A DNA stretch of 29,023 bases from a virus (taxonomy: Duplodnaviria > Caudoviricetes). Under the pieces are notes generated by a model. It was given only the letters and a program-made list of their open reading frames with translations, was not told where the DNA came from and did no database searches. Below are positions 26,673 to 29,023 of this stretch, piece after piece (within the stretch, counting starts at the first letter, position 1; every line of letters begins with the position of its first letter). The stretch is from positions 1 through 29,023 of IMG/VR virus record IMGVR_UViG_3300048858_000032; one strand, 5' to 3'. The position numbers and the translations under genes are program-made.

Positions 26673-26727
26673 TGACCGCAGCCGGGCGGCATCCCGGCGC
26701 AACCCACACAATCCGAGGTTCCACATG
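26673..26727 (+). repeat. Intergenic element copy 2
   Basis: TGACCGCA GCCGGG-CGGCAT-CCCGGC GCAACCCA CACAATC CGAGGTTCCA CATG. Confidence 0.55.
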
Positions 26728-27114
26728 GACTGGACCGTTCTGGCCCCGGTGCTCATCGAGCATCTGGCAGTGCCGGCGCTCGTCGCCGTCGGCGGCTGGC
26801 TGGTGACGAAACTGCCGGGCCCGCTCAAGACGTGGCTTCAGGCTGACACCCACGCCAAGGATATGGCGCTGCTGCTCGGCGCCCTGAGCCGTGGCGCGGT
26901 GGCCGCCTACAAGGACTATGACGCCGGCCGGCTGGCCAGTCCCGGCGCCGCCATCCAGCAGGTCGTGACCTACGTCCTGAAGTCCGTGCCAGACACGGTC
27001 AACAAGCTTGGCCCGACGCAGGAAGTGCTGACCACTATGGCGCACGCCGCCTGGGATCAGTGGGTCGTGCAGGCCAAGGCTGCCGAGGCGCCGGCGGTGG
27101 TGATCAAGCAATGA
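26725..27114 (+). CDS. Putative holin (N-terminal TM plus soluble helical domain)
   Basis: GAGG SD; hydrophobic N-terminal ~28 aa; stop overlaps the endolysin ATG. Confidence 0.6.
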   Translation: MDWTVLAPVLIEHLAVPALVAVGGWLVTKLPGPLKTWLQADTHAKDMALLLGALSRGAVAAYKDYDAGRLASPGAAIQQVVTYVLKSVPDTVNKLGPTQEVLTTMAHAAWDQWVVQAKAAEAPAVVIKQ

Positions 27115-27791
27115 CCCTCCTAGATCGCCTGTTCGCTTTCCTGGGCTGGGGGCAGGAGCCTCATCAGGCGCCCGCACTGCCCAGTGCCCAGCCTGATCCG
27201 GTGCCCGTGCCAGGGGTCTATGCCCCGACGCAGGGTGTGCCTGTCCATGCGGTGGGGGACACGCTGCCCCCGCCGGCTAACTCATCCATCCCGCCGGCGG
27301 CCATCACGCTGCTCCACCACTACGAGAGCTGCGCCAAGCGGCTGCCGGGCGGGCTCATCGGCCCCTACCTCGACAGCGCCGGCGTGGCGACGATTGGCTG
27401 GGGCAGCACCTTCTATGCTGACGGCCGGCGCGTCACGATCGCTGATCTGCCGATCACCCAGGCCCAGGCCGACGCCCTGTTCAGCACCGTCGTGGCGCAG
27501 TTCGATGCCAAGGTGCGGGCGCTACTGCCGGCTGGCGTGGACGACGACGCCCATGCTGCCTGCCTCAGCCTCGCCTACAATATCGGAGTGGGGGCGTTCT
27601 CGACTTCCACGGCGCTGCGGCTGCTCAAGGCCGGAGATCGGCAAGGGGCGGCGGCAGGCCTCCAGCTCTGGAACAAGGCTGGCGGCAAGGTGCTCAAGGG
27701 CCTCCAGCGCCGGCGCCGAGCCGAGGCCCTGGTGCTGCTGGGCGCCACGGCTGAGAGCGCAATTGCGGCGGCGGAGAAGGACTTCCCGTAG
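27111..27791 (+). CDS. Endolysin, GH24 (T4/P21-like) lysozyme with an N-terminal extension
   Basis: HYE...PYLDSAGVATIGWGST catalytic E/D/T; SLAYNIGVGAF; WNKAGGKVLKGLQRRRRAE; ATGA overlap at 27111. Confidence 0.93.
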   Translation: MTLLDRLFAFLGWGQEPHQAPALPSAQPDPVPVPGVYAPTQGVPVHAVGDTLPPPANSSIPPAAITLLHHYESCAKRLPGGLIGPYLDSAGVATIGWGSTFYADGRRVTIADLPITQAQADALFSTVVAQFDAKVRALLPAGVDDDAHAACLSLAYNIGVGAFSTSTALRLLKAGDRQGAAAGLQLWNKAGGKVLKGLQRRRRAEALVLLGATAESAIAAAEKDFP

Positions 27792-27808
27792 GCGTGATAG
27801 CCGGAGGG

Positions 27809-28021
27809 CTAACCCCGCCATTCCGCCGTCACGACGCCTTGCTTTCGCTGCCCTTGCCGGCCGGGCACCCGCACATCAATCCATCCCTCGTCCATGTCGT
27901 AGGCGTATGCGCCGTCCATGATGGGCTGCCCATCAAGAAACAGCCGGACATTTGGGATGCGGCCCTGAGGATAGTCGGGGCTTTTCGGGTCTGTGCTGAG
28001 GCGGCGGGGGATGGGCTTCAT
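27809..28021 (-). CDS. Small protein resembling the DUF3297 family
   Basis: AAGGAG SD; PRRLSTDPKSPDY...YDMDEGWIDV recalls the DUF3297 pattern (from memory). Confidence 0.6.
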   Translation of the reverse strand: MKPIPRRLSTDPKSPDYPQGRIPNVRLFLDGQPIMDGAYAYDMDEGWIDVRVPGRQGQRKQGVVTAEWRG

Positions 28022-28096
28022 GGGCTATCTCCTTGCCTTAGCCTAACACACAAAGCGCCGCCCAATGGGAGCGATCCTGTCGAACGGCTTTTGCGC

Positions 28097-28294
28097 TTAC
28101 CCCGCCGAATGCGCCGTCACCGGCTTGTCCCGCTCAATCCGCCACCGGCTGCGCTCGATGTGCTCCAGCACCCGCTCCGCTGCGATCTCTGGATCAGGCC
28201 AGCGCATGCCCTTCGGTAGCGGCTTGCCCTCTAGGCTGTAGCGCAGCGCGTACCGGATCGTGCCGAGCAGATCCTCCCGCTCGGCGTCGGTCAT
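28097..28294 (-). CDS. Hypothetical 65-aa protein
   Basis: MTDAEREDLLGTIRYALRY...IAAERVLEHIERS; GAGG upstream and ATGA overlap with the upstream small ORF. Confidence 0.65.
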   Translation of the reverse strand: MTDAEREDLLGTIRYALRYSLEGKPLPKGMRWPDPEIAAERVLEHIERSRWRIERDKPVTAHSAG

Positions 28295-28395
28295 TTGAGC
28301 GGCTTCCTCAGGGATGCCAGGGCAGAGAGGATTTGAGCCGCGCTGGCGGCAGAGAGGGGCGGGAGGGGGCGGACGTTCGAGAGGGGCTGGCTCAT
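28291..28395 (-). CDS. Putative leaderless 34-aa peptide
   Basis: MSQPLSNVRPLPPLSAASAAQILSALASLRKPLK*; 6 nt separate the ATG from a -10-like TAGGCT; stop overlaps the next ATG. Confidence 0.45.
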   Translation of the reverse strand: MSQPLSNVRPLPPLSAASAAQILSALASLRKPLK

Positions 28396-28401
28396 GCGCG
28401 C

Positions 28402-28431
28402 AGCCTATCATCGTGAACGGATGGGGAACAA
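28402..28431 (-). promoter_or_regulatory. Alphaproteobacterial LexA (SOS) box overlapping a sigma70-type promoter
   Basis: GAAC-GGATGGG-GAAC at 28415-28429 (GTTC-N7-GTTC on the - strand); -35 TTGTTC (28431-28426), 18 nt, -10 TAGGCT (28407-28402). Confidence 0.7.
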
Positions 28432-28545
28432 GCCTCCGCCTGACGCATGATAAGCTTTGATTATCGTGCTGAAGCGCACCTGCCTACATTGCTTGCCGCA
28501 ATCCAGGCAGGTGACCCCCTTACTGCACCACGCTAAATCCATGGG

Positions 28546-28803
28546 ATGGCCGAGCACCACCCAGAACTGATCCCGCATCACGAGCCCAAGCTGCTAGGCA
28601 CCGACGACAAAGGGTGGACGACCTGGGAATACCGGGGCGGCAAGGTTCGCGGGAAGGGCGTGACCAACTACCTCCACATGGAGGGTCATCCGCTCGATGG
28701 CCGCACCCATAGCCACCTTGATGCGTGGTTCCCCATCATCGACCGCTGGCTGGATCATGGCGACCTGCCGCCGCCTTATGTCTGGCCGCCTCGGCCAAAG
28801 TAA
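28546..28803 (+). CDS. Hypothetical 85-aa His/Trp-rich protein (att-proximal moron)
   Basis: Clean ORF with GC3-biased codons and no competing gene; no obvious SD; no recognised family. Confidence 0.6.
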   Translation: MAEHHPELIPHHEPKLLGTDDKGWTTWEYRGGKVRGKGVTNYLHMEGHPLDGRTHSHLDAWFPIIDRWLDHGDLPPPYVWPPRPK

Positions 28804-28815
28804 CAAATCGGGCGC

Positions 28816-28842
28816 GTGTCACGTGGGTGTCACGCGTGCCAC
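28816..28842 (+). repeat. Short direct repeats, candidate integrase arm-type sites
   Basis: GTGTCAC at 28816 and 28827, GTGCCAC at 28836; about 55-80 nt inside the att core. Confidence 0.55.
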
Positions 28843-28896
28843 TGCGGCGACGGCTTTAGGCTTGATATTTCAATGGGATATTCCGAGATCGCACTG

Positions 28897-28936
28897 CCCT
28901 TACCAAGGGAGTGCTCTACCGCTGAGCTACAGCAGC
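28897..28936 (-). pseudogene. 5' fragment of tRNA-Thr(GGT) marking the prophage attachment site
   Basis: - strand reads GCTGCTG TA GCTC AGCGGTA GAGC A CTCCC TTGGTAA GGG (acceptor 5' strand, D arm, anticodon GGT), then diverges (CAGTG...); no T arm or CCA. Confidence 0.88.
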
Positions 28937-28957
28937 AGGACCATCGGTATGGGGCGC

Positions 28958-28986
28958 TTCCTAAGGTCTGGCTCGGTGCCGCGCAA
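28958..28986 (-). promoter_or_regulatory. Putative host tRNA promoter pointing into the prophage
   Basis: TTGCGC-N17-TAGGAA followed by a GC-rich GCGCCCC discriminator, about 20 nt upstream of the tRNA fragment. Confidence 0.55.
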
Positions 28987-29023
28987 CCCCCATTATGCAG
29001 GGAATGATGCCGAATGGATGGCG

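Larger units (their letters stand above)
1..28909 (+). mobile_element. Lambda-like siphoviral prophage (late region through right att site)
   Basis: Contiguous head-tail-lysis operon ending at a split tRNA gene; no sheath gene; long tape measure. Confidence 0.93.

Noticed and set aside
28293-28357. Short direct repeats (GGCAGAGAGG twice, ATTTGAGC twice)
   Set aside because: Only two copies each and irregularly spaced; compatible with the LSA repeats of the 34-aa ORF; not CRISPR-like.
28445-28469. dif/XerCD site
   Set aside because: Spacer is 7 nt rather than 6 and the arms do not match the CATAA/TTATG pattern.
28860-28936. Intact tRNA-Thr gene
   Set aside because: Anticodon stem is incomplete and there is no T arm, acceptor 3' strand or CCA.
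28816-29007. 63-aa + strand ORF
   Set aside because: Runs across the att repeats and antisense to the tRNA fragment; probably spurious.

Overview
Right-hand (late) part of a high-GC, lambda-like siphoviral prophage, probably in an alphaproteobacterial host (inferred from a GTTC-N7-GTTC LexA box and an alpha-type SSB-tail motif). Order on + strand: terminase large subunit (5' end outside the window), gpW, portal, S49 protease with a likely nested scaffold, head decoration protein, major capsid, head-tail/terminator genes, tail tube, tail assembly chaperone with a -1 frameshift, DUF6441-like gene, tape measure with an SLT domain, tail tip and fibre genes, and a lysis region ending in a GH24 lysozyme. 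The tail operon is interrupted (about 9.8-12.5 kb) by a P22 immI-like module: lipoprotein <- RHH protein ending in an SSB-like DLDDDIPF tail <- -> Arc-like RHH -> hairpins -> KilA-N antirepressor -> terminator. The lysis region carries an unexplained 608-aa enzyme-like gene between related intergenic elements. The right end has a putative LexA-controlled leaderless mini-operon and the attachment site: a 40-nt 5' fragment of tRNA-Thr(GGT) still behind a host-like promoter. All family calls are from motif recognition and synteny; no database searches were run.
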